64,000 bases of DNA, taken from positions 613,636-677,635 of the forward strand of contig NZ_CP170721.1 in assembly GCF_043950725.1 (NCBI RefSeq), given 5' to 3'. The notes under the pieces were generated by a model. That model was given only the letters and a program-made list of their open reading frames with translations. It was not told the DNA's origin and did not search any database. This document shows positions 20,753 to 30,896 of this stretch, piece by piece. The stretch's first letter is position 1. Every line of letters begins with the position of its first letter. This DNA comes from Rhodanobacter sp. FW102-FHT14D07. GTDB taxonomy: Bacteria > Pseudomonadota > Gammaproteobacteria > Xanthomonadales > Rhodanobacteraceae. The position numbers and the translations under genes were made by a program.

Positions 20753-23497
20753 TCAGTGCAGCCGCCGGTGGATCAGCGGCACGAACAGGTCCACCACGAA
20801 GCCGTCATGGTCCGAGACGCCGATCGCCCGCGTCCAGTCGCTGGCATTGGCGGCGTCGTCGACGGTCTGCGCCGGCGCGTCGAGGTCGGCACGGCCGAAC
20901 TGCATGCGCAGGAAGCGCAGCCGTGCCGGCACGTTGAGCAGGGCGTGGTCCAGCACCTGGAAGGTCGGCACGGTGCGCCCGGGGTTGCCGCTGCCGGCCC
21001 TGGTGTAACCCTGGATCTCGCCGAAGTTCTGCGTGTACAGGAACGAGTAGCGATCGTCGGGTGGCACCGTGTTCACCGCGTTCCACAGCGCCGGCTGCAC
21101 GATATTGTGGCCGAGCTTGAGCAGGTTCTGGTTGTCGTCGTAGCGGCCGGCCACCAGGTTCACCACGTCGGTCCAGCCATCGGTGAACTGGTAGGCATTG
21201 AAGTCGCCCACCACCAGCAGCGGCATGCGCGGATCGGCCTGCTGCAGCGCCTGCACCTGGCTGGCCAGCGATTTTGCCTGCAGGAAACGCTTTTCCCGAT
21301 CACGCTCCGCGGCGGCGGTATTGTCGTCGACGTTCGAGCGCGCCTTCATGTGCACGGCAATCACGTGGAAACGCGTGCGGCCTGCCTGCGCGGTGAGCAG
21401 CAGCGGCGGGTGGTCGTGGATGAAGGCGGTGTGGCCGTCGTCGTCCCAGGTTTCGCCGGCGGCGAGTTGCTGCACCGAGAGCACCTGCACGTGGTCGCGG
21501 CGCACCAGGAATCCGACGTTGATGCCGCTGGGATCGTGGCCGGGCAGCAGGTAAGCGTCGTACGCCACGCCATAGTCGGCAAGAATCTGCGTAGCCAGGC
21601 CCTGCAGCAGCGGCCGGGTTTCCACTTCCTCCACCGACAGCACGTCGGGCAGCTGCAGCACGCTGCCGACATAGCTGGACAGGCGGCGGGTCTTCAGCGC
21701 GACGGCGTCCGGCGTGGGCTCCTTGCTCCCGCCGCTGCAGGTGTAGGTGGTGTCGAACACGCTGTCGCAGAAGCGCTCCATGTTGAACGCGCCGATGCGC
21801 AGCGCCAGCAGCGGGGTGGGCGAGACCGGCCGTGGTATCGGCGCGGCGTACGCCAGCCGGAACTGCGTCGGGATGAAGGTGTAGGCGCCGAAGTCGTAGG
21901 AGATCACGCCCTCGGCCCGGAACGTGCTGCCGGCGTTGAACGGCGTGTTCAGCGGCACCGCACCGAAGTCGGCAGTGTTCATCTTGAACACTTCCGGGTT
22001 GCCGCTCCAGTTGGGCAGGTCCACGCCCGCAGGCACCGGCACGCCGAACACCACGCCGGGCTGGCGCAGCGAGCGCCGGCCATTGGCGGTGATGCTGACC
22101 TCCGCATACGGTTCGCTGCTGAAACGCTTGTTGCCGGTGTTGATCATGCCGTGATCGATGCGCACACGCATGCTCATGAAGCACTGGAAATTGGTGGTGC
22201 CGCAGGAGAGCTGGTCCGGATCGGGCGAGGGCGTGCGCCGGTCGAACACGACGGCGCGCGGCAGGCGCACGTGGCGGCCGACCACGCTTATCGTCGGGTT
22301 CTTCAACTCGGTGAGGCCGTAGTAGTCGTCCACCACCGCCGCGACGTCCACCGCCTCGCCCACGCTTACCGTCGGTGCGGCGTTGGTGAACACATACACG
22401 CCATTGGACGTCAGCGGGCTGGCGTCGGCGCGCGCGTCGGGCGTCTGCATGGTGAAGCCCAGCGGGCCCACTGCGGTGACCACGTTGCCGTAGGTCAGCA
22501 CCGACTTGCCGAGCAGGGCCGCCCGCTGCCCGCTGCCGTTGATCTGCCAGATCTCCGCCTGCACCGGGATGTCGTAGTGGATGGTGCCGATGGCGGTGGC
22601 GTCGCCCAGCGCCACGCCGTCGCCGGGATCGCTCAGCGTGACGCTGAAGTCCTTGTCGTCGGCCGGCGTGGAGCGCCCATGCACGACCACGTTGAAGCTG
22701 GCCTGGGTCTCGCCCGCGGCGATGGTGAGGGTAGTGTCGAGCGCTTCGTACTCCACGCCCGCGGTGGCGCTGCCGTTGGCGGTGGCCACGTGCACGCTGG
22801 TGCCGCCGCTCGGCGCCGGTTCATTCATGGTGATGGTGAACGGCATCGCCACGTCGCTGGCGCCGTGCACGCTGATGCTGGCGTCGGCAATCGACAGCGA
22901 CGGGCCCATGGCCACGCAGGTGCTGGCGCTGTTGTGCGGCTGGGTCGGGCTCACGGTGACGAAATCGGCGCTGTTGTCGCCGGAGTTCTGTGGCAGGCCA
23001 GCCGCGGTCTGCCGCCGCTGGTAGCCTTGGTCGATGTTGCTGCTGCCCAGCGAGGCCAGCGGCGTGCCCGCCTTGTAGGCCGAACCGGTGCTGAGGCCCA
23101 CTTGGTCGACGATGTTGCCGTCGGCGTCGAGCAGGGCCAGGCCGCCGGTGTCGGTAACGCCGGTGGCGTAGGTGAGATCGCCCGGCACGCTGCCGGAGTA
23201 GCCGCCGCTGGCGCTGTTGGTCAGCAGCAGGTGGCAGCCCGACGCCAGTTGCGTGCCGGCGGGGAAGGTAAGCCGCGTGCCGATCGTGCCGCTGGCGTTG
23301 GAGGCGTTGAACTTGTACGCGGACAAGTCAATCGCCGCAGGGCCGGCGTTGAACAGTTCGACGAACTCGTCGTTGCCGCCGGCGGGGCCGCGAACCCGGA
23401 ACTGGTCGATGCTGACGTCGGCAGCCTGTGCGGCGAACGTCGAGGCGATGCCGGCCAGCAGCAGCCACAGGCCGCGTTGCGCGAGCTTTGCGAACAT
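20753..23497 (-). CDS. Secreted multidomain extracellular nuclease of the endonuclease/exonuclease/phosphatase (EEP) family; ExeM/NucH-like
   Basis: 914 aa. It has an N-terminal signal peptide (MFAKLAQRGLWLLLAGIASTFAAQA), a lamin-tail domain (NDEFVELFNAG), a Calx-beta-like domain (SVHVATANGSATAGVEYEALDTTLTIAAGETQASFNVVVHG) and a C-terminal EEP nuclease (LLVVGDFNAYQF..., GVSDHDGFVVDL). Confidence 0.85.
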   Translation of the reverse strand: MFAKLAQRGLWLLLAGIASTFAAQAADVSIDQFRVRGPAGGNDEFVELFNAGPAAIDLSAYKFNASNASGTIGTRLTFPAGTQLASGCHLLLTNSASGGYSGSVPGDLTYATGVTDTGGLALLDADGNIVDQVGLSTGSAYKAGTPLASLGSSNIDQGYQRRQTAAGLPQNSGDNSADFVTVSPTQPHNSASTCVAMGPSLSIADASISVHGASDVAMPFTITMNEPAPSGGTSVHVATANGSATAGVEYEALDTTLTIAAGETQASFNVVVHGRSTPADDKDFSVTLSDPGDGVALGDATAIGTIHYDIPVQAEIWQINGSGQRAALLGKSVLTYGNVVTAVGPLGFTMQTPDARADASPLTSNGVYVFTNAAPTVSVGEAVDVAAVVDDYYGLTELKNPTISVVGRHVRLPRAVVFDRRTPSPDPDQLSCGTTNFQCFMSMRVRIDHGMINTGNKRFSSEPYAEVSITANGRRSLRQPGVVFGVPVPAGVDLPNWSGNPEVFKMNTADFGAVPLNTPFNAGSTFRAEGVISYDFGAYTFIPTQFRLAYAAPIPRPVSPTPLLALRIGAFNMERFCDSVFDTTYTCSGGSKEPTPDAVALKTRRLSSYVGSVLQLPDVLSVEEVETRPLLQGLATQILADYGVAYDAYLLPGHDPSGINVGFLVRRDHVQVLSVQQLAAGETWDDDGHTAFIHDHPPLLLTAQAGRTRFHVIAVHMKARSNVDDNTAAAERDREKRFLQAKSLASQVQALQQADPRMPLLVVGDFNAYQFTDGWTDVVNLVAGRYDDNQNLLKLGHNIVQPALWNAVNTVPPDDRYSFLYTQNFGEIQGYTRAGSGNPGRTVPTFQVLDHALLNVPARLRFLRMQFGRADLDAPAQTVDDAANASDWTRAIGVSDHDGFVVDLFVPLIHRRLH

Positions 23498-23603
23498 GGT
23501 TTCTCCCCCGATGACGTCCGGTCAGCCGGAACGCGCCGAGTTTAGTGGCGCCTTGTGACCGTGCCGTGAAACCGCGCACGCCGCTTCCGCGGCGATCTGG
23601 CGC

Positions 23604-24245
23604 TCAGCCGGCGGGCAGCTGCTTGGTGCCGAAGATCTTGTCGCCGGCGTCGCCCAGGCCGGGCAGGATGTAGCCGTTCTCGTTGAGCCGCTGGTCGATG
23701 GAGGCGGTGTAGATCTCGATATCGGGATGGGTCGCGGTGATGCGTTCGAGCCCTTCCGGCGCGGCGACCAGGAACAGCCCCTTGATGCGCTTGCAGCCGG
23801 CCGCCTTGAGCATGTCCACGGTGGCGACCAGGGTGCCGGCGGTGGCCAGCATGGGGTCGACGATCAGCGCGATGCGCTCGTCCATGCGGTCGGTGAGTTT
23901 CTCGTAGTAGGTGACGGGCTTGAGCGTGTGCTCGTCGCGTTGCAGGCCGACCACGCTGACCTTGGCCGCCGGAATCATGTCGAGCACGCCGGGCAGCATG
24001 CCCAGGCCGGCGCGCAGGATCGGCACGATGGTGATCTTGCGGCCCTTGATCCGATGCACGTGCAGCGGTCCGGCCCAACCCTCGATCTCCTCCTCGACCG
24101 TCTCCAGATCCTTGGTGGCCTCGTAGGTGAGCAGGGCGGCGACTTCGGAAGCCAGTTCGCGAAACTCCTTGGTGCTGATGCCGGCGCGGCGCATCAGGCC
24201 CAGTTTGTGCTGGATCAGCGGGTGGCGGACTTCGACGATCTTCAT
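23604..24245 (-). CDS. upp: Uracil phosphoribosyltransferase
   Basis: [47 protein letters not shown]...[11 protein letters not shown] is canonical UPRTase. Confidence 0.95.
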   Translation of the reverse strand: MKIVEVRHPLIQHKLGLMRRAGISTKEFRELASEVAALLTYEATKDLETVEEEIEGWAGPLHVHRIKGRKITIVPILRAGLGMLPGVLDMIPAAKVSVVGLQRDEHTLKPVTYYEKLTDRMDERIALIVDPMLATAGTLVATVDMLKAAGCKRIKGLFLVAAPEGLERITATHPDIEIYTASIDQRLNENGYILPGLGDAGDKIFGTKQLPAG

Positions 24246-24342
24246 CGGTGGACGGTCTGGTGGCGGCGCCGGGCGCGACAGTCCGGGAGCTTAGCGAAGC
24301 GGTGCTGTCCACGCACGCCGGCATGGACAGCACCGCGATGCG

Positions 24343-24699
24343 TCAGGGCGTGGCGGCCGCTCCGCCCTTCAGGCAGGAGCTCATGAACGCCTTGCGCTCG
24401 GCACCCTTGAGCGCCTTGGTCTTGGCGTCCGCGTTGCAGCTCTTCATCTTCGCGTGCTGGGCCGTGTCGGTCGACGCCGCCGCGGGCGCCGAGGCATGGC
24501 CTTTCAGGCAGGAGCTCATGAACGCCTTGCGCTCGGCGCCCTTCTTGCCGGTGGCCTGGTGGTTGCAGTCGATCATCCGCTGCTGCTGGGCAGTGTGCGG
24601 CTTGGTGGATGCCGCCGGGGTCGCCGGGCTGGCTGCGAAGGCGGTGCCGGCAAAGGCGAAGGCGGCGCTGATGGCGAGCAGGCGCAGTGACAGTGACAT
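24343..24699 (-). CDS. psiF: PsiF-repeat periplasmic protein (phosphate-starvation-inducible PsiF family)
   Basis: Signal peptide MSLSLRLLAISAAFAFAGTAFAA. Two tandem PsiF repeats carry KGAERKAFMSSCLKG. The internal DNA duplication is visible at about 24368-24404 and 24494-24530. Confidence 0.8.
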   Translation of the reverse strand: MSLSLRLLAISAAFAFAGTAFAASPATPAASTKPHTAQQQRMIDCNHQATGKKGAERKAFMSSCLKGHASAPAAASTDTAQHAKMKSCNADAKTKALKGAERKAFMSSCLKGGAAATP

Positions 24700-24853
24700 G
24701 GTGAATCCTCCCTGGGTGACCGGCAGCTGCCGGCCGGATCAGTCTAGGCAGGGGGACACCGTCAGGGCAGTCGGCAAGTTCTTACGTGCATGAAGTATTC
24801 AGCTGCGGCGAAACGTCGTGTTTCGCCGCAGCCGGTGTGGGTGGCCGCGCGGC

Positions 24854-26350
24854 TCAGGCCGCTTCGGCCTTGGCCTTGCGCGGGCCTTCCAGCAAGGCCT
24901 TGCGCACGTGGGCGACGATCAGGTCGACCTCGGCGCTGGTGACCTTGAAATGCGGGGTGAAGCGCAGCGAGTTGACGCCGCCATGGATCACGCCGATGCC
25001 GTGCTCGCGCATGAATTCCTCGGTCGAATCGGCGCCGAAGCATTTGTACTCCGGGGCCAGTTCGCAGGAGAACAACAGCCCGGTGCCCTGCACCTTGGTG
25101 ATCAGGCCTCCCAGCTCGTGCTTGAGCGCGCCAAGCTTGTCGACGAACTCCTTGCCGCGCTCGCGGATGTTCTGCCGCACCTCATCGGTCAATTCGCCGA
25201 GCGTGGCCAGCGCCACGTCGAGTGCGCGCGGGTTGGCAGTCATGGTGTTGCCGTAGATGCCCTTGCGGTACAACCCGGCGGCGCGGTTGCCCACCGCCAG
25301 CACCGACAGCGGGTACTGGCCGGCGTTGAGCGCCTTGGAGAAGGTTTCCATGTCCGGCGCCGGCAGTTTCTCGAAACCGGGGTAGTCGGTGATCGACAAC
25401 ACGCCGTGTGCGCGCAGCCCGGCCTGGATGGAATCGACCAGCAGCAGGGTGCCGTGCGCTTCGGTCAGCTCGCGGGCGGCACTGTAGAACTCCGGCGTCA
25501 CCGCCCGGCCCGGGTCGCCTTCGCCCATCACCGGTTCCAGGAACATGGCCTCGATGAACCAGCCGTGCTTGTCGGCATCGGCGAACACGGCCTTCAGTTG
25601 CGCCACGTCATACGGCGCCACCGTGATCACGCTCTCCTCGTGGCGATAGCTGGCCAGGTTCTGCTGGTAGGTCTTGCGCGAGGAGTCCGAATACAGCGCC
25701 GGCGCCTCGGTGCGGCCGTGGAAGGCGCCCTTCACCGCCAGCCGCTTGATCGTGCGGCCCGCATGGCGCGCGCCGGCATCGGTCATCGCCTTGGCGTTGA
25801 CGTCCGCGATGCGGCAGGCCAGCGACACCGACTCGGAGCCGGAGTTGAGGCACAGGTAATGTTCGTACGGATTCTTGCCGCGGTTGCGGCCGAGCTCCTT
25901 GTTCAGTGCGGCGGTGAAACGCATCTGCGCCACGCTGGGCGACATCACGTTGGCCATCACCTGCGGGCGCGACAGCGCCGCCAGGATGGCCGCATCGTTG
26001 TGGCCGAAACCCAGCATGCCGTAGCCGCCGTTGTCGTGCACCACGGCGCCCTTCAGCGTGACGATCCACGGCCCGCGCGCGGCGGCCGGCAGGTACGGGT
26101 TGATCGCGTCGTCCGGGTAGAAATTGACGAAACCCGCCTGTGCCTTGGCCAGTTGCTCGGCTTCGTCGAGCTTGAGGAAATCCCCCAGCTCGTCGCGCAG
26201 CTCGCGGTGGCGCGCGACGGCCTCGGCGACTGCCTGGCCCAGCAGCGGATCGTTCGCCGCCATGCGCTCGATGCTGGCGTCGTCCAGGCCGGTGGTGCGG
26301 GGCTTGCCGCCGAATTCGCGCAGTTCGCGCAGCTGGTTGATCACACCCAT
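24854..26350 (-). CDS. PLP-dependent class-III (fold type I) aminotransferase of unknown specificity, with an atypical long N-terminus
   Basis: 498 aa from MGVINQLRELREF. It has class-III hallmarks (LCLNSGSESVSLA, LLLVDSIQAGLRAHG, a Lys-containing ALNAGQYPLSV region) but lacks the canonical DEVQTG motif. The start is at the internal Met (complement of 26348-26350). Confidence 0.75.
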   Translation of the reverse strand: MGVINQLRELREFGGKPRTTGLDDASIERMAANDPLLGQAVAEAVARHRELRDELGDFLKLDEAEQLAKAQAGFVNFYPDDAINPYLPAAARGPWIVTLKGAVVHDNGGYGMLGFGHNDAAILAALSRPQVMANVMSPSVAQMRFTAALNKELGRNRGKNPYEHYLCLNSGSESVSLACRIADVNAKAMTDAGARHAGRTIKRLAVKGAFHGRTEAPALYSDSSRKTYQQNLASYRHEESVITVAPYDVAQLKAVFADADKHGWFIEAMFLEPVMGEGDPGRAVTPEFYSAARELTEAHGTLLLVDSIQAGLRAHGVLSITDYPGFEKLPAPDMETFSKALNAGQYPLSVLAVGNRAAGLYRKGIYGNTMTANPRALDVALATLGELTDEVRQNIRERGKEFVDKLGALKHELGGLITKVQGTGLLFSCELAPEYKCFGADSTEEFMREHGIGVIHGGVNSLRFTPHFKVTSAEVDLIVAHVRKALLEGPRKAKAEAA

Positions 26351-26637
26351 GACATTCTCCTCGTAGACGTCGGCGCCTCGCACCCAGCGCGAAGCAGGCC
26401 GCTCGATCCGCGCGTGGGCGTCGTGGGCCGGAAATCCTTGCGTAGCGCAAATTCCAGCGTGGCGAGCCCGCGTCGGGGCGCCCGGACGTGCCGGTCGCGC
26501 AAGATCATTGGCCCAGCATAACGCGCCCGGGCAGGTCTCCGGTACCCCCGGCATGACGGCTGTCACCCCCGATGACTGACGCCGGCGCATGGGCAATCGG
26601 CCGCGAAATGCCCAAGCTGCGGGCATCGAGGAGGATC

Positions 26638-27573
26638 ATGTCGATGACTGTTTCCGAGCAGGTGGTGGCCCGGCTGGCGGGCGTGGAGAAGCGCTACGGC
26701 CGCCTGGTCGCGCTGGACAATGCCGGTTTGCAACTGCGCCGCGGCGAGTTGCTGGCCCTGCTGGGCCCCAACGGCGCCGGCAAGACCACCGCGATCAGCC
26801 TGCTGCTGGGCTTGCTGCGCGCCGATGCCGGCACGGTCGAGCTGTTCGGGCGCGATCCCGGGGATGTCCGCGCACGCCGGCGCATCGGCGTGATGCTGCA
26901 GCACGCCGAACTGCCCGGCACGCTGCGGGTGGGCGAACTGTTGCGTCTGATTGCGAGCTATTACCCGGCCCCCCGCAGCATGGCGGAGAGCGCCCGCATG
27001 GCCGGTGTCGACGACCTGCTGGCTCGCCCCTACGCGAAGCTGTCCGGCGGCCAGCAGCGGCGCGTGCAGTTCGCGCTGGCGCTGTGCGGCCGGCCCGAGC
27101 TGCTGTTCCTGGACGAGCCGACTGTGGGCATGGACATCGAGGCGCGGCAGAGGCTGTGGGCGGCGATCAGCCAATTGCGGGCCGAGGGCTGCGCGGTGCT
27201 GCTGACCACGCATTACCTGGAGGAAGCCGAGGTGCTGGCCGACCGGGTCTGCGTGATGGCGCGCGGGCGGGTGATCCACGAAGGGACGGTCGAGGCGCTG
27301 CGCGCACGGATCGCGACCCGGCGCATCCGCTGCGTCAGCACGGTGGATGCCGGCGTGGTCGGCGGCTGGCCTGCGGTCACCGCGGCGGAACGGCGCCAGG
27401 ACCGCCTGCACGTGACCACCGACGCGGCCGAAGCGGTGGTACGCCGCCTGCTCGACGCCGACCCGCAACTGAGCGAGCTGGAAGTGCAGCGCGCCGGCCT
27501 GGCCGAGGCATTCACCGAACTCACCCGCGAGGCCGAACAGGGCTTGCCCGAAACACGCCGCGAGGTTGCCTGA
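26638..27573 (+). CDS. ABC transporter ATP-binding protein (ABC-2/DrrA-like exporter ATPase)
   Basis: Walker A LLGPNGAGKTT, signature LSGGQQRRVQFALAL, Walker B LLFLDEPTVGMD. A GGAGGA ribosome-binding site precedes the ATG at 26638. Confidence 0.9.
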   Translation: MSMTVSEQVVARLAGVEKRYGRLVALDNAGLQLRRGELLALLGPNGAGKTTAISLLLGLLRADAGTVELFGRDPGDVRARRRIGVMLQHAELPGTLRVGELLRLIASYYPAPRSMAESARMAGVDDLLARPYAKLSGGQQRRVQFALALCGRPELLFLDEPTVGMDIEARQRLWAAISQLRAEGCAVLLTTHYLEEAEVLADRVCVMARGRVIHEGTVEALRARIATRRIRCVSTVDAGVVGGWPAVTAAERRQDRLHVTTDAAEAVVRRLLDADPQLSELEVQRAGLAEAFTELTREAEQGLPETRREVA

Positions 27574-28354
27574 GATGGATCAAGCCATGTCGATTCCGCT
27601 TGCCGCCGCGATGCCGATGTCGCGCCGGCGCGTGCTGGGCGCCTACCTGGCCGAGATGCGCAGCGAATGCCTGCGCTACCTGCGCGCGCCGGGTTTCATT
27701 CTGCCGATGACGCTGTTCTCGACGGTGTTCTACGTGATGTTCGGCGTGTTGCTGAACCACGGCGAGGCGTCGCGCTACCTGCTGGCCAGCTATGGTGCGT
27801 TCGGCATCATCGGACCGGGCCTGTTCGGCTTCGGCGTCTCGCTGGCGATCGAGCGCGATGGCGGCCTGCTCACGCTCAAGCGTGCCTTGCCGATGCCGCC
27901 TGGCGCCTACCTGCTGGGCAAGATGGTGATGGCCATGATCGCGGCCACCGTGGTGATCGCGCTGCTGCTGCTGATCGGCATCTTCCTGGCGCACGTCAGT
28001 CTGTCGTGGGGCCAGATGCTGGCGCTGGTCGCCACCGGTGCTTTCGGCGTACTGCCGTTCTGCGCGCTGGGCATGTTCGTCGGCACCTTGCTCAAGGGGC
28101 AGGGCGCGCCGGGGCTGCTCAACCTGGTCTATCTGCCGATGGCGTTCCTGTCCGGCCTGTGGCTGCCGCTGTCGATGTTGCCGCGGATGCTGCAACAGAT
28201 CGCGCCCGTCTGGCCCAGCTATCACCTCAACCAGCTGACCCAGGCGGCGGTGGGTCTGAACCATGGCCCTGTGCTGGGCCACGTGCTGGCGCTGGCCGGT
28301 TTCGCTGCGGTTTTCCTGTGGCTGGCGGCGCGGCGTTTGCACCGGAACGGTTGA
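27566..28354 (+). CDS. ABC-2 family transporter permease
   Basis: About 260 aa with six predicted transmembrane segments. It overlaps the ATPase stop. ABC-2 type signature. Confidence 0.8.
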   Translation: MPEMDQAMSIPLAAAMPMSRRRVLGAYLAEMRSECLRYLRAPGFILPMTLFSTVFYVMFGVLLNHGEASRYLLASYGAFGIIGPGLFGFGVSLAIERDGGLLTLKRALPMPPGAYLLGKMVMAMIAATVVIALLLLIGIFLAHVSLSWGQMLALVATGAFGVLPFCALGMFVGTLLKGQGAPGLLNLVYLPMAFLSGLWLPLSMLPRMLQQIAPVWPSYHLNQLTQAAVGLNHGPVLGHVLALAGFAAVFLWLAARRLHRNG

Positions 28355-28369
28355 AGTAGGATCACCCTC

Positions 28370-29602
28370 ATGACCAATCTGCGGGAGCCTGGCGTCATGC
28401 ACCAGCGCATCGTCCAGTTTCTGACCCCGGCGCCGGACTCCGCGGCGGCGCGCAGCATGCATCGCGGCAAATCGCCGTGGGTGGATGCTGTGCACCTGTT
28501 GTGGTCGGCGTGGATCTTCGTCGTGCCGGTGTGGAACAACGACGGCTGGAGCACGCGCTGGGTCGTCACCACTCTGGTTAGCTATCCGCTGTTCCTGCTG
28601 CTGTATTACCGGTGCATCGCGGGGCCGCGTGCGCAGGTCCGCGCCGGCGCCCTCGCGTTGGTGCTGCTGAGCATGTCGTTGCTGCCCTGGTATCCCAGCG
28701 GGCTGACCTATTTCATCTATGGCTGCGTGATGCTCTGCACCAGCGTGGGTCGTTTCCGCGCCTATCTCGGCTGGCTGGCCGGGCTCAATGTGGTGTTGCT
28801 GGCCGAGACCTCGCTGCTCGGTTACCCATGGCAGGCCGTGTTCTCCATCCCGCTGACCTCGTTCATCATCGGCATCATCATCAAGGCCGAGCATGGCAGC
28901 GAGGAGAAGGACGCGCAGCTGCGGCTCTCGCACGAAGAAGTGCGTCGGCTGGCGGCCACTGCCGAGCGCGAGCGCATCGGCCGCGACCTGCACGATCTGC
29001 TGGGCCATACCCTGTCGCTGATCACGCTGAAGCTGGAGTTGTCACGCAAGCTGTTCGACCGGGACCATGCGGCGGCCAGGCGCGAAGTGGAAGAGGCGGA
29101 GAAGGTGGCGCGTCACGCGCTTGCCGAAGTGCGCAGTGCGGTCAGCGGCATCCACGCCACCGACCTGGCGGCCGAGCTGGCCTCGGCGCGGCTGCTGCTG
29201 GAATCCTCCGGGGTGTGCATGGAATACGCGGCACCGCCGACCGACTTGCCGCAAGACACCGAACGCAGCCTCTCGCTGATCCTGCGCGAGGCGGCGACCA
29301 ATATCGCGCGCCACGCGGCGGCAAGTTGCGCGAACGTCGATTTCGTGCGCGAGCCTGCCAGCGTGCGCATGAGTATCCGTGACAACGGCCGCGGCGGCAT
29401 CGACGGCGCCGGCAACGGCCTGCGCGGCATGCGCGAGCGCGTGCGCTCGCTGGGCGGCACGCTGGAGATCAGCTCGCCGTTGCGCGGCGGCACGACCATG
29501 CTGGTCAGCGCGCCGCTGCCGGTGCTGCGACTGGTCGCCATGCCAGCGACCGCTGCCGGCGGCGTGGCGCCCGCGGCGCAGGGTGGGCATTCGGCCGCCT
29601 GA
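28370..29602 (+). CDS. Multi-pass membrane sensor histidine kinase, HisKA_3 (NarX/DesK/LiaS-type)
   Basis: N-terminal roughly 190 aa with five transmembrane helices. An H-box RIGRDLHDLLGHTLSLITLKLE (HisKA_3) and a HATPase_c domain (NIARHAAAS...DNGRGG...GLRGMRERV) follow. Confidence 0.85.
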   Translation: MTNLREPGVMHQRIVQFLTPAPDSAAARSMHRGKSPWVDAVHLLWSAWIFVVPVWNNDGWSTRWVVTTLVSYPLFLLLYYRCIAGPRAQVRAGALALVLLSMSLLPWYPSGLTYFIYGCVMLCTSVGRFRAYLGWLAGLNVVLLAETSLLGYPWQAVFSIPLTSFIIGIIIKAEHGSEEKDAQLRLSHEEVRRLAATAERERIGRDLHDLLGHTLSLITLKLELSRKLFDRDHAAARREVEEAEKVARHALAEVRSAVSGIHATDLAAELASARLLLESSGVCMEYAAPPTDLPQDTERSLSLILREAATNIARHAAASCANVDFVREPASVRMSIRDNGRGGIDGAGNGLRGMRERVRSLGGTLEISSPLRGGTTMLVSAPLPVLRLVAMPATAAGGVAPAAQGGHSAA

Positions 29603-29665
29603 CGATCGAAGCCATCACGATGGAGCTTTTCCAATGCCGCTGAAGCAATCGCCACGAGGCGCCGC

Positions 29666-30271
29666 ATGATCCGCGTGCTGCTGGCCGAGGACCAGGCGAT
29701 GGTGCGCGGCGCACTGTCGGCGCTGCTGAGCCTGGAGCCGGACATGGAGGTGCTCGGCTCCGCACCCGACGGCGAGGCGGCGTGGCGGGAGATGCAGCGC
29801 CTGAAGCCCGATGTGCTGGTCACCGATATCGAGATGCCCGGCCTCACCGGGCTGGAGCTGGCCCAGCGCATCCAGCGTCACGACGAGCTGCCGGTGAAGG
29901 TCATCATCGTCACCACCTTCGCCCGCCCGGGTTTCCTGCGTCGCGCGCTGGATGCCGGCGTGTCGGGCTACCTGCTGAAGGACGCTCCCGCCGAGAACCT
30001 CGCCGAGGCGTTGCGCACCGTACACCGCGGTGGTCGTGCGATCGACCCGCAGCTGGCGCTGGAAGCCTGGTCCGAAGCCGACCCGCTGAACGATCGCGAA
30101 CGCCAGGTGCTGCGCCTCGCCGGCGAGGGCCAATCCGCCGGCGACATCGCCGCAAAACTCAACCTCTCGCACGGCACCGTGCGCAATTATCTGTCCGAAG
30201 CGATCGGCAAACTCGGCGTCGGCAACCGCATCGAGGCGTATCGGCTGGCGCGGCAAAAAGGCTGGTTGTAA
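29666..30271 (+). CDS. NarL/FixJ (LuxR-type) response regulator
   Basis: REC domain (MIRVLLAEDQAMVR...VLVTDIEMPGLTG) plus a LuxR HTH (LRLAGEGQSAGDIAAKLNLSHGTVRNYLSEAIGKLGV). Confidence 0.9.
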   Translation: MIRVLLAEDQAMVRGALSALLSLEPDMEVLGSAPDGEAAWREMQRLKPDVLVTDIEMPGLTGLELAQRIQRHDELPVKVIIVTTFARPGFLRRALDAGVSGYLLKDAPAENLAEALRTVHRGGRAIDPQLALEAWSEADPLNDRERQVLRLAGEGQSAGDIAAKLNLSHGTVRNYLSEAIGKLGVGNRIEAYRLARQKGWL

Positions 30272-30896
30272 GTTTTTCCGATATTCGATAAAAAATGCTT
30301 GCGCGTGGTTGTTAATAGGTGTAACGTCCGCAGCCCTCGCCTTTTGGCGACCATCAGATAAAAGAGTTTCCATGTCGTTCCGCATAACCCAGATGAGCAC
30401 ACCATGCACGTCGCAGTATTGCCGCGATGCAGGCCTGTTCATGCGCGGCGAATGGCTCGACTTGGCAATCGTCTGCCGATAATCGACTGATCCCTTTGCG
30501 GAGATCGGTCACCCCGATCTCCCGAGGCAACGCGAACGCCCTCGGGTCGCCAACCCCGGGGGCGTCTTGTTTTTGCCGTTCGCAGGGGATGCGCATGCAT
30601 CGAACAAGGTTTGCGGAATCCGTTTCGCCCTGAGGCATCCGGTCAGCCATGGCCGAGGCAGGGGCGCAGCTGCGAAGGCGCTTGCGCGCTGCGTCCCGGT
30701 GCTTCGGCGCGGGCTGTGCGAGAAACGGATCACCACGTATCGGGCAACCATGCCCGCACCTATTGCCGGTTGGTGACAGCCGGCAATCGGGAACATCGAA
30801 CCGACCGGCTCCAGCGGCATGGGCTCAAGCCCCATCCGGTGCGCGCGGCTTTGCCGGCGGCGTATGCCGGGGTCTGCCGGGCGGTGTTCCACAACG

